Positions 1-8,908 of a stretch of 53,457 nt of DNA are shown here, one piece after another (the first letter of the stretch is position 1; every line of letters starts with the position of its first letter). The position numbers were made by a program, and so were the translations under genes. This DNA is from a plasmid. Below the pieces are notes generated by a model, which worked only from the letters and a program-made list of their open reading frames with translations, ran no database searches and was not told where the DNA came from. The stretch is taken from sequence record NZ_CP011050.1; one strand, given 5' to 3'.

Positions 1-66
1 TACCGGTGAGAACGGGCCAGGAGGAACATCGATGCCGGTCAGATAATTTTATCGGAGGGAAAGAGT

Positions 67-627
67 GTGAGAGAAGATGTTGAGTTTCGAGTCCGGGCTT
101 TTCGTAAGGCTCTGGAGCTGGCCCGGGACTGCCCGGAGGAGTGCCGTCACCTGGGACGATGGGAAACGGAGTTGCATAATTTTCCGCACGGCAGCTGCGA
201 TATGGCCAGTAATTGTCTTGCACAGTATCTCACGGATAATAAATGTGGCCATCCCTGCATTATTTACATGAATGGCAGCAGGCTGGAAAACTCGCCTGTT
301 CACGCCCATGTAATTGTCATGCTGGACGGTGAGTACATAGATTTGACGCTGGAGCAGTTTGAAGGATATCCGGACTACATCGTGAGTGAACCCATCGAGT
401 CGCAAGGGGTGATAGGCACCCTGTTACGAAGAATTGGGGAAGTCGAAGGACCCATAGAAACGCGTCCAATAAAACTCTCGTCGTCCAGGGAACGTGGAGA
501 TGATATGTACGTATGGCTCCGCGATAAGGCAGATCAAATCCTTGAGGAAGAGAAAAACAGAGCGGTCGACACGGAACCCGGGTGCCCCGTGGAAAAAATC
601 GTTATTGGATATACGGAACAAGATTAA
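67..627 (+). CDS. hypothetical protein (186 aa), GTG start
   Basis: Long ORF with GGAGGG RBS 8 nt upstream of GTG; no recognisable motif. Confidence 0.5.
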   Translation: MREDVEFRVRAFRKALELARDCPEECRHLGRWETELHNFPHGSCDMASNCLAQYLTDNKCGHPCIIYMNGSRLENSPVHAHVIVMLDGEYIDLTLEQFEGYPDYIVSEPIESQGVIGTLLRRIGEVEGPIETRPIKLSSSRERGDDMYVWLRDKADQILEEEKNRAVDTEPGCPVEKIVIGYTEQD

Positions 628-712
628 ATCAGTAACCGCCGTACGGCCTGTTACTGCTACGAAGATACAGCCCGTTTCCGGGCTGTATTCGCAGTCAGGA
701 GCCGCTGCCGGT

Positions 713-925
713 TTACTCTGCATCGATGGCCAGCAATACCATCAACAGTAACGCGATCGGGCACCTGACAGTCAACCGCCCCGGATACACTGCCCGGCAT
801 CCGAGAGCCAGGTACAGGTCCTCATAATTACGCCAGGCACTTTCGGTACCTTTTTCCCGGTACTCACTTCTTGCCACTTCCGTTCTGTATGCCAGCTGTG
901 CCAGCGGGATAATGTCATTAAACAT
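713..925 (-). CDS. small hypothetical protein (70 aa) with hydrophobic C-terminal tail
   Basis: AGGAG RBS 7 nt upstream of ATG; C-terminus PIALLLMVLLAIDA looks like a tail anchor. Confidence 0.4.
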   Translation of the reverse strand: MFNDIIPLAQLAYRTEVARSEYREKGTESAWRNYEDLYLALGCRAVYPGRLTVRCPIALLLMVLLAIDAE

Positions 926-1039
926 TTCAAAACTCCTGTCGGTATCGGGGAACTCCCCCCATTCAGGATCGCGTCACGACGGAGACGACTGCCAGAAATT
1001 AAAGCAAACAAAAAGGCATATGCTAGGCATATGCAAATC

Positions 1040-1090
1040 ATTTTCAACCTTGTATAATGCACCTGTACGGGCAGATCTGCCCGGGTATCC
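1040..1090 (+). promoter_or_regulatory. vapBC promoter/operator: TATAAT -10 overlapping perfect palindrome GGGCAGATCTGCCC
   Basis: TTGTATAATGCACC followed by 14-bp palindrome directly upstream of vapB RBS; typical autoregulated TA operator layout. Confidence 0.45.
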
Positions 1091-1104
1091 GAAGAGGAAA
1101 GAGT

Positions 1105-1335
1105 ATGCGTACTGTGTCTGTATTTAAAAATGGCCAGAACCGGGCTATCCGGCTGCCGCGGGATATGGATTTTGAGGGCGTCAGCGAGCTGGAAATCATC
1201 CGGGAAGGCGACAGTATCATCCTGCGTCCCGTCCGCCCGACGTGGGGCTCCTTCGCGCAGCTCGACAAAGCAGATCCGGACTTTATGGCGGAGCGCGCCG
1301 ACGTGGTCAGCGACGAAGGACGATTTGACCTGTGA
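1105..1335 (+). CDS. vapB: VapB antitoxin (SpoVT/AbrB-type)
   Basis: MRTVSVFKNGQNRAIRLPRDMDFEGVSELEIIREGDSIILRP matches VapB family; stop overlaps vapC start (GTGA). Confidence 0.85.
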   Translation: MRTVSVFKNGQNRAIRLPRDMDFEGVSELEIIREGDSIILRPVRPTWGSFAQLDKADPDFMAERADVVSDEGRFDL

Positions 1336-1748
1336 AAAAGACCTATATGCTCGATACCAATATCTGTTCATTCATCATGCGTGAACAGCCCGAAGCGGTA
1401 CTGAAGCAGCTGGAGCAGACGGTACTGCGGGGACACCGGATTGTCGTCTCAGCCATTACCTATGCCGAAATGCGGTTCGGTGCCATCGGCAAAAAAGCCT
1501 CCCCGCGTCACGCGGTGCTGGTTGAGGCATTCTGTGCGCGGCTTGATGCCGTTCTGGCGTGGGACCGGGCCGCGGTGGACGCGACCACAGAAATCAAGGC
1601 GGCGCTGACCGCGGCCGGCACCCCGATAGGTCCGAATGATACGGCGATTGCCGGGCATGCCATTGCAGCCGGCGCCGTACTGGTTACCAATAATGTGCGT
1701 GAATTTGAACGTGTTCCGGGACTGATGCTGGAAGACTGGACGAAATAA
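1332..1748 (+). CDS. vapC: VapC PIN-domain toxin
   Basis: YMLDTNICSFIM...VTNNVREFERVPGL is PIN-domain VapC; 4-nt overlap with vapB. Confidence 0.85.
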   Translation: MKKTYMLDTNICSFIMREQPEAVLKQLEQTVLRGHRIVVSAITYAEMRFGAIGKKASPRHAVLVEAFCARLDAVLAWDRAAVDATTEIKAALTAAGTPIGPNDTAIAGHAIAAGAVLVTNNVREFERVPGLMLEDWTK

Positions 1749-1796
1749 CCCGAGCTGCCGCTGAGGGCAGCCGGTAAATGAAAAGGACAGGCTGAT

Positions 1797-2294
1797 ATGG
1801 GCGTAAAACTCACGGAGACGCGGATTAACACGCTGCTCTCCACCCTCAATGATCTTATCTGTGAGGATGGTCTGCTGACGCGGGAACAGCGTGAAAATAT
1901 GGTCATGACCGTGGCCACGATCGGAGGTCTTAACGAGCGGATACGTCAGGCTACGGCAGAAAAAGAAGCACGCAAACAGGCGAAGGCCGAAAAGCCGCCT
2001 AAAAAACCACGTGAACCCGACCTGGTGTTTCCGCGTAGCGGAAAGCCCTGGGCCAGTGAAGATCTCGATTTGATACATGGCATCATCGATGGCATTCCGG
2101 ACGAAGAAATCGATAACCAGGTGCTGTGGCTGTCTGAGAAGCAGGGCCGCACGCCTTACGCCATCGCGTTGAAAATTGTGAGTGAAGGGCGTCTGGATGA
2201 AGAGTGGGCGAAACGCTGGCAGCCTGCCGCGAAGGAGATCCGTGAAAAACATGCACAGCAGCTGGAAAAGGTACAAACGTACCAGGAGAGCTGA
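1797..2294 (+). CDS. hypothetical protein (165 aa)
   Basis: ORF with lysine/glutamate-rich central linker; stop 3 nt before next ORF. Confidence 0.5.
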   Translation: MGVKLTETRINTLLSTLNDLICEDGLLTREQRENMVMTVATIGGLNERIRQATAEKEARKQAKAEKPPKKPREPDLVFPRSGKPWASEDLDLIHGIIDGIPDEEIDNQVLWLSEKQGRTPYAIALKIVSEGRLDEEWAKRWQPAAKEIREKHAQQLEKVQTYQES

Positions 2295-2297
2295 TGC

Positions 2298-2996
2298 GTG
2301 TGCCCGGCAACGGCTCGCGCATCGGTGGAATATGACATGGCCATACATCTCATCACGACGTGCAGCAGCAGTAAAGCAGCTGCGCCGGGAAGCAGGGTGT
2401 TTCCTTATCACAACACCGATCTCAGCGCCGCAATGGCAACCTGGCGGGCTCTGCTGAACAGTGAAAGCAGCGCCGCGAAATTCACAACCAGAGAACTCTA
2501 CCGCGGCACACACTGGAAACGGGCTGTGTCGGCAATGACATGCTGGCCAGAAACCGAGTTGTGGGTGATATCCGCAGGTCTGGGATTGCGGCATGCCACC
2601 GATCCGGCGTTGCCCTATGAGGCGACATTCCATGCCATGACGCATGCGCCTGCCGCCGTATGGAAAAGTCTGACGACGCAGCCACCGTTTCCCGGTCGCT
2701 GCGCCTCGATAGCGGAGCTGATGCACACATATCCGGGCGACAACTTTGTTATTGCCGGCTCGCCGGTGTATATCAGCGCAGCGGAGAAAGACATCGTTAC
2801 GGGGCTTGACGCTCTGGATTCTGCTCCGGTGCAGCTGACAGTGGTGACGTCAAAGAAGTATACCGGACCGCTGCAAACGTATGTTGCTGCAAGCAACGCT
2901 GGCATGCTGTCACAGTTGAACGCAAACATGACAACACTGAACATTAGTTATGCGTTAAATATTATCAAAGGTCTCATTACTGCCAGACAATATTAA
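2298..2996 (+). CDS. hypothetical protein (232 aa from GTG 2298, or 219 aa from ATG 2337)
   Basis: Coupled to the upstream gene (stop/start 3 nt apart); no recognisable motif. Confidence 0.45.
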   Translation: MCPATARASVEYDMAIHLITTCSSSKAAAPGSRVFPYHNTDLSAAMATWRALLNSESSAAKFTTRELYRGTHWKRAVSAMTCWPETELWVISAGLGLRHATDPALPYEATFHAMTHAPAAVWKSLTTQPPFPGRCASIAELMHTYPGDNFVIAGSPVYISAAEKDIVTGLDALDSAPVQLTVVTSKKYTGPLQTYVAASNAGMLSQLNANMTTLNISYALNIIKGLITARQY

Positions 2997-3499
2997 TTTT
3001 TTCATCGAACGATCGCTGCAAAAAAAAGAGACCGAATGATATTTACAATATACGTTCAGTGGAAAATGGAGCCTCATTATTACTCCTTCATACTGGCGGC
3101 GTTACCCGGCCAGCATTATGCACAAAAATAGATCGCCCGAACTTATTTGATGGTTTTATTGCGGTATTACCTGTAAAGTAAATAGTTCCATTGCCGATAA
3201 CAAGCAAAGCTCTTGTTAATTATTTTATCGGCTCCAGGTTATGAACGATTTTCATCTTTTCAGTATTTATCTTTCGCAGAAAAACAAAATTCAGGCTATG
3301 CTGATCCTTCGCGATAAATCAGAATTTGCGGCCAGAAAAATAATGGAAAAGGCATATATACGAGTGCCGGCATGCACCGGGCGGATATTCTGGAACTGGG
3401 TGCAGAGTTATATTTACACTGCCTGTCGCAGTGAGCAGGAGAATACGTTTGAAGGTACTGTCAACCATTCACAAAATTCCTTTCAGAGCACTGCAGCGA

Positions 3500-4225
3500 A
3501 TGACACTGCTGAATCCCGGAGCAGTGGATTTGGTGAAACTCCTGGCGATGCTGGCCATGCTCCTCGATCACTTCAACACGCTGTTTCTGAGCCCGCTGCG
3601 GCCGGAACTGTATGCGCTCGGCAGAGCGGCCTTCCCGTTGTTCAGTCTGATCTGGGCCATCAACGTAAACAGGAAGCCGGAACGTCTGCAGTTTCAGGCA
3701 AACCGGTTATGGCTGTGGGCAGTAGTAACCCAGCCGGTATTCATGCTGGCATTTCGCCAACTCGATCCGTGGTACGCGCTGAATATTCTCTTCGTATTTG
3801 CCGGCACAACACAACTCCTGGCCTGGCACCGACAGTCCGGAACCTGTGGCCTCGCCGCAGGTACAGCTCTGCTGGCGGTACTTGCCTGGCCATTGTCGCC
3901 GGCAAGCTATGGTCTGCAGGGCGAAATTCTGACGGTGGGGCTGGCTGTAATCGCCGGCAGCGCATCAGCGCAGGTTCGGTACTGTGCCGGCTGGGCAGTT
4001 TTCCTGTCGCTGGTAACCCTCAACGGCGCCTCACATCTTGCCACCATGCCTGTGGCGACACTTGTGTTTGCCACGTTACCGACGTGTCTTTTTCCCTGGA
4101 TGGTCGTGACTGCCGCACAGCAGCTCATGGCGGACAAACACCGGCGCTGGCTTCCGGCCCGGTTCTTTTATCCGGTTTATGCGGGGCATCTCCTGCTCGC
4201 CGGAACGATAGTGTATTTTGTTTAA
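3500..4225 (+). CDS. traX: TraX-like F-pilin acetylase (orphan, no other tra genes)
   Basis: LLDHFN...GRAAFPLFSLIWAINVNR...RLWLWAVVTQ...YALNILFVFAG parallels F TraX (VLDHAN...GRGAFPLFALVWGLNLSR...RLWGWGIIAQ...EGNILFAFA); multi-TM. Confidence 0.75.
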   Translation: MTLLNPGAVDLVKLLAMLAMLLDHFNTLFLSPLRPELYALGRAAFPLFSLIWAINVNRKPERLQFQANRLWLWAVVTQPVFMLAFRQLDPWYALNILFVFAGTTQLLAWHRQSGTCGLAAGTALLAVLAWPLSPASYGLQGEILTVGLAVIAGSASAQVRYCAGWAVFLSLVTLNGASHLATMPVATLVFATLPTCLFPWMVVTAAQQLMADKHRRWLPARFFYPVYAGHLLLAGTIVYFV

Positions 4226-4282
4226 ACAGAAGAGGTCTGCCTGTTCTCTACAGGCCTGATAAACCATTAAAAAGGCGATCTG

Positions 4283-4510
4283 ATGCGAAGCGATGACGTT
4301 GTCTTCACGTATGAAACAGTGACTAATGAAACCGAGCGGCTTATTACTGAATACGCAGCCTCAGTACGAGAATTGCCTGAGAAAAAGGAGGCATGTTATG
4401 CAGCGGCGTGTGGAACTCTTGAACTGTGGCTGAGCCTTACAAAACATCAAAATAATCCCGATGCAGCAAGACTTCTGCACCTCACGTCTGAGATATTAAA
4501 GCTACGATGA
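4283..4510 (+). CDS. small hypothetical protein (75 aa) in the position finO occupies in F; not FinO-like
   Basis: ORF only, weak RBS. Confidence 0.3.
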   Translation: MRSDDVVFTYETVTNETERLITEYAASVRELPEKKEACYAAACGTLELWLSLTKHQNNPDAARLLHLTSEILKLR

Positions 4511-4550
4511 TTGCCTGTCGGGATGTCTGAAGGTAAATGCTCTTACTTTA

Positions 4551-4588
4551 TTAATAAGTTAATAAGTTAATAAGTTAATAAGTTAATG
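4551..4588. repeat. tandem octamer (TTAATAAG) x4.75
   Basis: Directly visible perfect tandem repeats between convergent genes. Confidence 0.9.
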
Positions 4589-4710
4589 TGCATACTGATT
4601 GGGGTGCGTCAGCTTACCCTCCATCTCTTATGGGGTTGATGTGTGGCGGTTAGATATACCGTACCCCCTTCTCAGATCTGGCTTCTATCCCGGACAGACT
4701 GCATGTACAT

Positions 4711-5451
4711 TTACTTTCCGAATCTCTGATTAAGTCTTTTGGTCAGCACTTCTATGGATTCTTTACGCTTTGAGAAAATGTCGTTCACAACATACTCCAT
4801 TATCTCAAATGCATCCTCGATATCTCTTACTTTAACTTCGTCGAGTGTATGACTGCCGGCATTACCGAGAAATTTAATCGCCATTAACGGGCTGGCATAG
4901 TCTGAATAGTTGTCGGGCAGATGCTTTTCGAGTCGCTCATGTAGAACAATCCTTTTGCCTTTGTCATTCCGTTCAGGAACGCCGATAGCTGTCAGCAAAC
5001 GCTCGACAGTAATCCGAATCAGGTTGGCCGCCGAACCCGGCTGCGCCAGGTAAACCGAAAATGATGCAGCAAGCGGTTCTGAGATTTCTTCCGGACATTC
5101 AACTTTAATTGTGAAAGGGTTAAGCGCTGGCACAAAGTTGACGGGCTTGAATACCTGCCAGTATACCGTACCCTTTTCATGTTCCCAGCCAGATTCATAA
5201 CGGCTTATACCAGAGCAGCACACAACTTCCCGACATTGGGATCGCGAGCATTTTGCCATACAACAAAATACACCAGAATACATATCAGCCTCAAACCACA
5301 ACTCGTCCTGCATTCCCCGGTTCTCAGAGGTAGGTGCCTCATAGAGAGATTCTTGAATTATTTCCAGAGTCAGCTGCCCACAGGCCGGGCATGGCCATTC
5401 AACCTGTCCAGTCTTATCGAAAGCTTTCGAAAGTTTATGTATTCTCATCAT
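4711..5451 (-). CDS. hypothetical protein with N-terminal Cys-rich zinc-ribbon-like region and C-terminal DUF4145-like helical domain
   Basis: CPACG...CC..C....C..VVCC cysteine cluster; C-terminal ...IKFLGNAGSH... resembles the R..GN.aaH signature of DUF4145. Confidence 0.45.
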   Translation of the reverse strand: MMRIHKLSKAFDKTGQVEWPCPACGQLTLEIIQESLYEAPTSENRGMQDELWFEADMYSGVFCCMAKCSRSQCREVVCCSGISRYESGWEHEKGTVYWQVFKPVNFVPALNPFTIKVECPEEISEPLAASFSVYLAQPGSAANLIRITVERLLTAIGVPERNDKGKRIVLHERLEKHLPDNYSDYASPLMAIKFLGNAGSHTLDEVKVRDIEDAFEIMEYVVNDIFSKRKESIEVLTKRLNQRFGK

Positions 5452-5615
5452 TAATTACTTTTCATAAGATTAAATTCATACCTGTTAAGCTTTCTAACAG
5501 GCCAGCGTAATATGCACTAACCATACGACACGGGCTCGTTATGACAAAATGAAATAGTGAAAGTTACCGACATGTCGTGAACGCAGACAAACAAACAATT
5601 ATAAGGAAAGAAACA

Positions 5616-5759
5616 ATGTCAAAATCCGGCAATTCAGGCACAACGAAAACGGGTGGCCGCGGTCCATCAAGCCATCCGGGACAGGGCGGGAACTGGCCAA
5701 GCACAACAGGTAACCCCTCCGGTCGCGACAGAGGTAATGCGCCCCCGAAAAGAAAATAA
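5616..5759 (+). CDS. glycine-rich 47-aa protein resembling a colicin/klebicin N-terminal translocation segment
   Basis: AAGGAAAG RBS; MSKSGNSGTTKTGGRGPSSHPGQGGNWPSTTGNPSGRDRGNAPPKRK is Gly/Ser/Asn-rich like bacteriocin T-domains. Confidence 0.4.
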   Translation: MSKSGNSGTTKTGGRGPSSHPGQGGNWPSTTGNPSGRDRGNAPPKRK

Positions 5760-5804
5760 GTCAGCTGGTACATCTCATCCCCATGTTCAAACACCGGTTA
5801 TTAT

Positions 5805-5891
5805 CATGCCCGAAGGGCATAAAAGGCGGCTCATTTTCCCCCAGGAAGAAGCTGCCTTCAAACCACCGGGCCCTGCTTCATTTCATATGCC
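5805..5891 (+). repeat. ~87-bp direct repeat copy A (pairs with 7370-7456), contains hairpin ATGCCCGAAGGGCAT
   Basis: ~85% identity between the two copies over ~87 bp; internal stem-loops. Confidence 0.85.
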
Positions 5892-6140
5892 TTAGCCACT
5901 TAAGTTAGCAACTTATTATGTTAATAAGCATTATCCCGCTGAGCTGGCCTCTTACTACTCATCTTGATGGTTCCCGTGCATGCATTGGGTGTCCGGGTGA
6001 AAACTGGGTCAGAGTTTCATACAGCGCGGTCAAGAGTTCAGCCAGCTGCGGGCAGGGTGAGAAGCAAGGTAAACATTTACGGAATCCGTACCGTTACGCG
6101 TCAAGCCTGTATATAATTTTATCCGGAAAGGGAGAAGATT

Positions 6141-6464
6141 ATGATCATCAGTGAGAAAGACTTATATAACGCAGGCTTTAGTGAACGCGATGTTGAAAAC
6201 CTGAAGAGTCGGGTCTCTCATGGAGGAGGCACTATGGACGCGCTCATCTCTGCGCTTTCCCGTCGCTTTCGGGTTTCAGTATGGGTAACGGTGGGCCTGA
6301 TACTGGTAATGCTATGTGTACTGCTTGCCGGCAACCGTACCCATATTGTTTCAGGTGGTGTGAGTGCTGTTATAGCGCTGGTAATTGTATGGGCAACGTT
6401 TCCACCTTCTCTTGGTATGAAAGCCCGCCGGCTGGAGAAATTTATTTCTCGCCGGGATCGATAG
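6141..6464 (+). CDS. small 2-TM membrane protein (107 aa), candidate immunity/partner protein
   Basis: Two hydrophobic helices (VWVTVGLILVMLCVLLAG; VSAVIALVIVWATF); 3' end overlaps the convergent gene. Confidence 0.45.
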   Translation: MIISEKDLYNAGFSERDVENLKSRVSHGGGTMDALISALSRRFRVSVWVTVGLILVMLCVLLAGNRTHIVSGGVSAVIALVIVWATFPPSLGMKARRLEKFISRRDR

Positions 6465-7245
6465 ATAATAAATTTACCGCAACGCTGGCGGTAAGCCCCC
6501 ATCCAGCGATATTCAGAGCCATCATCGGACGTGAGGTTTTGGAGACCTTTCTGAAAAAGTCGGGTCTTGTCCAGTACCAGAGGCGCTGCACCTCTGGCCT
6601 TAATCGAAGCCCGTACATGCCATAAACGTCACTGACGAGAGTGACGGCTTTATAGGCACCCAGCCCCTGCTGACGACTGAACCCCAGGAACTCAGCAACT
6701 TCCATAGAGCCGTCAGCGAAAATACCTTCTGTCTTTTTATCATCAAGTAAAGTGCGGGCTGCTGCCTTGGTAATGGTGTTAACGCCATTCACAATAATGA
6801 TTGCCCCGGCAATCACGCCCATCGGTGTCATGGTGGCCATCATCGTAATCCCGCCGAAAATCGCAATACCGCCGATGACGACGTCCACCCCGGAAATGAT
6901 GTAACCGATGATTTTGTTTTCTTCCTTGACGACTTTTACCTCGGCATAGAGCTTTGCGTAACCAGATTTCAGCGCCCGGGATTGCTCAAGAAGGCTGTCA
7001 TTTTCTGCACGAAGCGTTTTAATGCAGGCCATACACTCATCATCTGTTTTTGCGCGTCTTGCCGCTTCAAACTGATTCATGATGACTGACTTGATCTCGT
7101 CAACAAACTGCAGCCGCGAAAGTCCGTCATGCAGATGCATGGACGCCACGGTATTTGCGGTATTAACGAGTTTCCGTGCTTCAAGGTTAATCATGGTATC
7201 AGACCATGCACGGCGGTTCTGACCGGGGAAAAGGAGCGTGTCCAT
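6442..7245 (-). CDS. hypothetical protein (267 aa) with central ~45-aa hydrophobic hairpin; candidate membrane-active toxin-like protein
   Basis: Soluble N-terminus, then IIGYIISGVDVVIGGIAIFGGITMMATMTPMGVIAGAIIIVNGV, then soluble C-terminus; convergent and overlapping with the 107-aa membrane protein. Confidence 0.45.
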   Translation of the reverse strand: MDTLLFPGQNRRAWSDTMINLEARKLVNTANTVASMHLHDGLSRLQFVDEIKSVIMNQFEAARRAKTDDECMACIKTLRAENDSLLEQSRALKSGYAKLYAEVKVVKEENKIIGYIISGVDVVIGGIAIFGGITMMATMTPMGVIAGAIIIVNGVNTITKAAARTLLDDKKTEGIFADGSMEVAEFLGFSRQQGLGAYKAVTLVSDVYGMYGLRLRPEVQRLWYWTRPDFFRKVSKTSRPMMALNIAGWGLTASVAVNLLSIDPGEK

Positions 7246-7369
7246 TTTATGTCCTTATTGATGCCTTCTCACAGCATATCCCCGGACATGAAATTTTCAA
7301 CTTTGCGCGATCTGAATCGTCTGGATGATCGAATTCTTCATGAAGACAGCGGCCTCTGCGCCCGATAAA

Positions 7370-7456
7370 CATGCCCGAAGGGCATAAAAGGCGGCTCACA
7401 GACCTTCCATATGGCGCTGCCTTCAAACCGCCGGGCCCTGCTTACTGTCATATGCC
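7370..7456 (+). repeat. ~87-bp direct repeat copy B
   Basis: See copy A. Confidence 0.85.
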
Positions 7457-7849
7457 ACAAGCCCCCCCCCGTCCTGCCAGGCCATAAACCCCTTTAAAAC
7501 CACGTAAACGCCTCCCTGCGCCTTCGGAGTGGGACGGACGTAGTCCGGCCGTATCTCCGGCTTGGCGGACCCGTCAGGGGCCGCTTAGCGGCGTAGTTAC
7601 AACATCCGCTAAAGCGGCTCCTGTTCCGGGCCTTCGGCCCGGGGCGGGCGCGGCTTTTTAGTGGGTGGATGCGGGCTCCCTGCGTTCAGGTACGGCGCGA
7701 GGGTTTCAGCGTGGCCGGACGTGGCACTCTGGCTTCAGAACGGCGATGGTGCCGCCGGGGCATAAACTACTTCAATTTTTTGTGTGTTGTAACTAAACCT
7801 GCTGCTGTGCACCGGCCCCGTGCCCGGCGCGGAGCGCAGGGAGCTACTT

Positions 7850-8060
7850 CTGGTTTTCCCCGTTATCCACGGGATAAGTGGGCTGAAATAAGGGTTCTCT
7901 TATGAATATAAGTAAGGGGTGAAACCCCTGATTGAATTGCGCCTAACACGAAGCTGGTTGCAGCTAAACCCTTTTTCCTGTTTGCGGATAAGTGTGGATA
8001 ACATCATCTGCGCGGCGGCCGGCGGGATAATTCCGCCGGAACGGGTAACGACGGCCATAA
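7850..8060 (-). promoter_or_regulatory. oriR: IncFII-type oriR region downstream of repA1, with DnaA boxes and inverted repeat
   Basis: TTATCCACG (7863-7871) and TGTGGATAA (7994-8002, perfect DnaA box on opposite strand); repeated GGATAAGTG; inverted repeat CCGGCGG-N7-CCGCCGG at ~8030. Confidence 0.55.
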
Positions 8061-8140
8061 CGTTCGGGTGTTTTTTGTGCAGTGAAAGTGTGCGGACGTG
8101 GGGAAGCCTCCGCAGCAAAGCGGAGAATCAAAAAACGGGG

Positions 8141-8908
8141 TCAGTGGAGAGGTGGCGCCGCGGCCGGTGCGTCCAGATTCACCAGTTCGAGCTGATAGAG
8201 CTGCTGCCAGACCATCTTTTCAAACTGCTGTGATGAAACCATGCCGGCACGCTCCCCGAGGCTGCGGTAGAGGCGCTCTGCCACCTGGCGCTTGCGCTCA
8301 TCGAACGGCAGCTGCTCCAGACGACGTCGCTGTTTGCCTTCCAGCGCACGCGTGCGGCGACTCAGGACAGTCCGGTTGCGGCAGCTTTCATACCAGCGGC
8401 GGCGGGCAGCCTTCAGGCTCAGGGTTTCGCCTGGCTGCAGCATACCGTCGCGGATGGCCTGCCGGCGCGCTTCCTGCTCGGCGCGAAGCCTGTCCATGTT
8501 AATGCCGGTCAGCTGCCAGCCCGCCTCGGTGAGCAGGACATGTTTCGGGAAACGGCAGCCGTTCATCAGGTCCCACTCGGTCGCCGGCGCATCGATGACG
8601 CCGAACAGGCAGAGCAGTCGGATGGCCCGGGACACACGGGAAACGGTCACCGCCTTTTCACGGATGATGGTGCCGTTCTCGTCACGCGGGCTCAGGGCTT
8701 CCGCCAGTCTGGAGACATTAAGGGTGATGATATCGGTGGCCAGGTCCGCCGCGTTAACGAACACCACGAACAGGGCATCGATCAGGCGGCGCATCTCCGG
8801 GCGAAGGGCGCGTTTGCGGCCGCAGGCATGGCGCAGTATCACAAAGCGAATATCGGCAGACACGCGACGGCGTACCTGCCAGTGACCCGTTTTACGATCG
8901 TGCAGCAT
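8141..8908 (-). CDS. repA1: IncFII-family replication initiator RepA1 (N-terminus may extend or be coupled to a leader peptide)
   Basis: RKRALRPEMRRLIDAL...VSRVSRAIRLLCLFGVIDA...basic Arg-rich C-terminus parallels R100 RepA1; ORF stays open upstream of the first ATG. Confidence 0.75.
   Translation of the reverse strand: MLHDRKTGHWQVRRRVSADIRFVILRHACGRKRALRPEMRRLIDALFVVFVNAADLATDIITLNVSRLAEALSPRDENGTIIREKAVTVSRVSRAIRLLCLFGVIDAPATEWDLMNGCRFPKHVLLTEAGWQLTGINMDRLRAEQEARRQAIRDGMLQPGETLSLKAARRRWYESCRNRTVLSRRTRALEGKQRRRLEQLPFDERKRQVAERLYRSLGERAGMVSSQQFEKMVWQQLYQLELVNLDAPAAAPPLH

Noticed and set aside
1449-2726. 425-aa ORF on the minus strand
   Set aside because: Antisense to vapC and the two downstream plus-strand genes; Arg/Cys-rich low-complexity translation typical of GC-skewed antisense frames
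3241-4296. 351-aa plus-strand ORF overlapping traX in another frame
   Set aside because: The TraX frame has clear family similarity and TM structure; this frame is Ala/Arg/Gly-rich noise
4551-4588. Possible CRISPR array
   Set aside because: Units are 8 bp with no spacers; simple microsatellite, not repeat-spacer architecture
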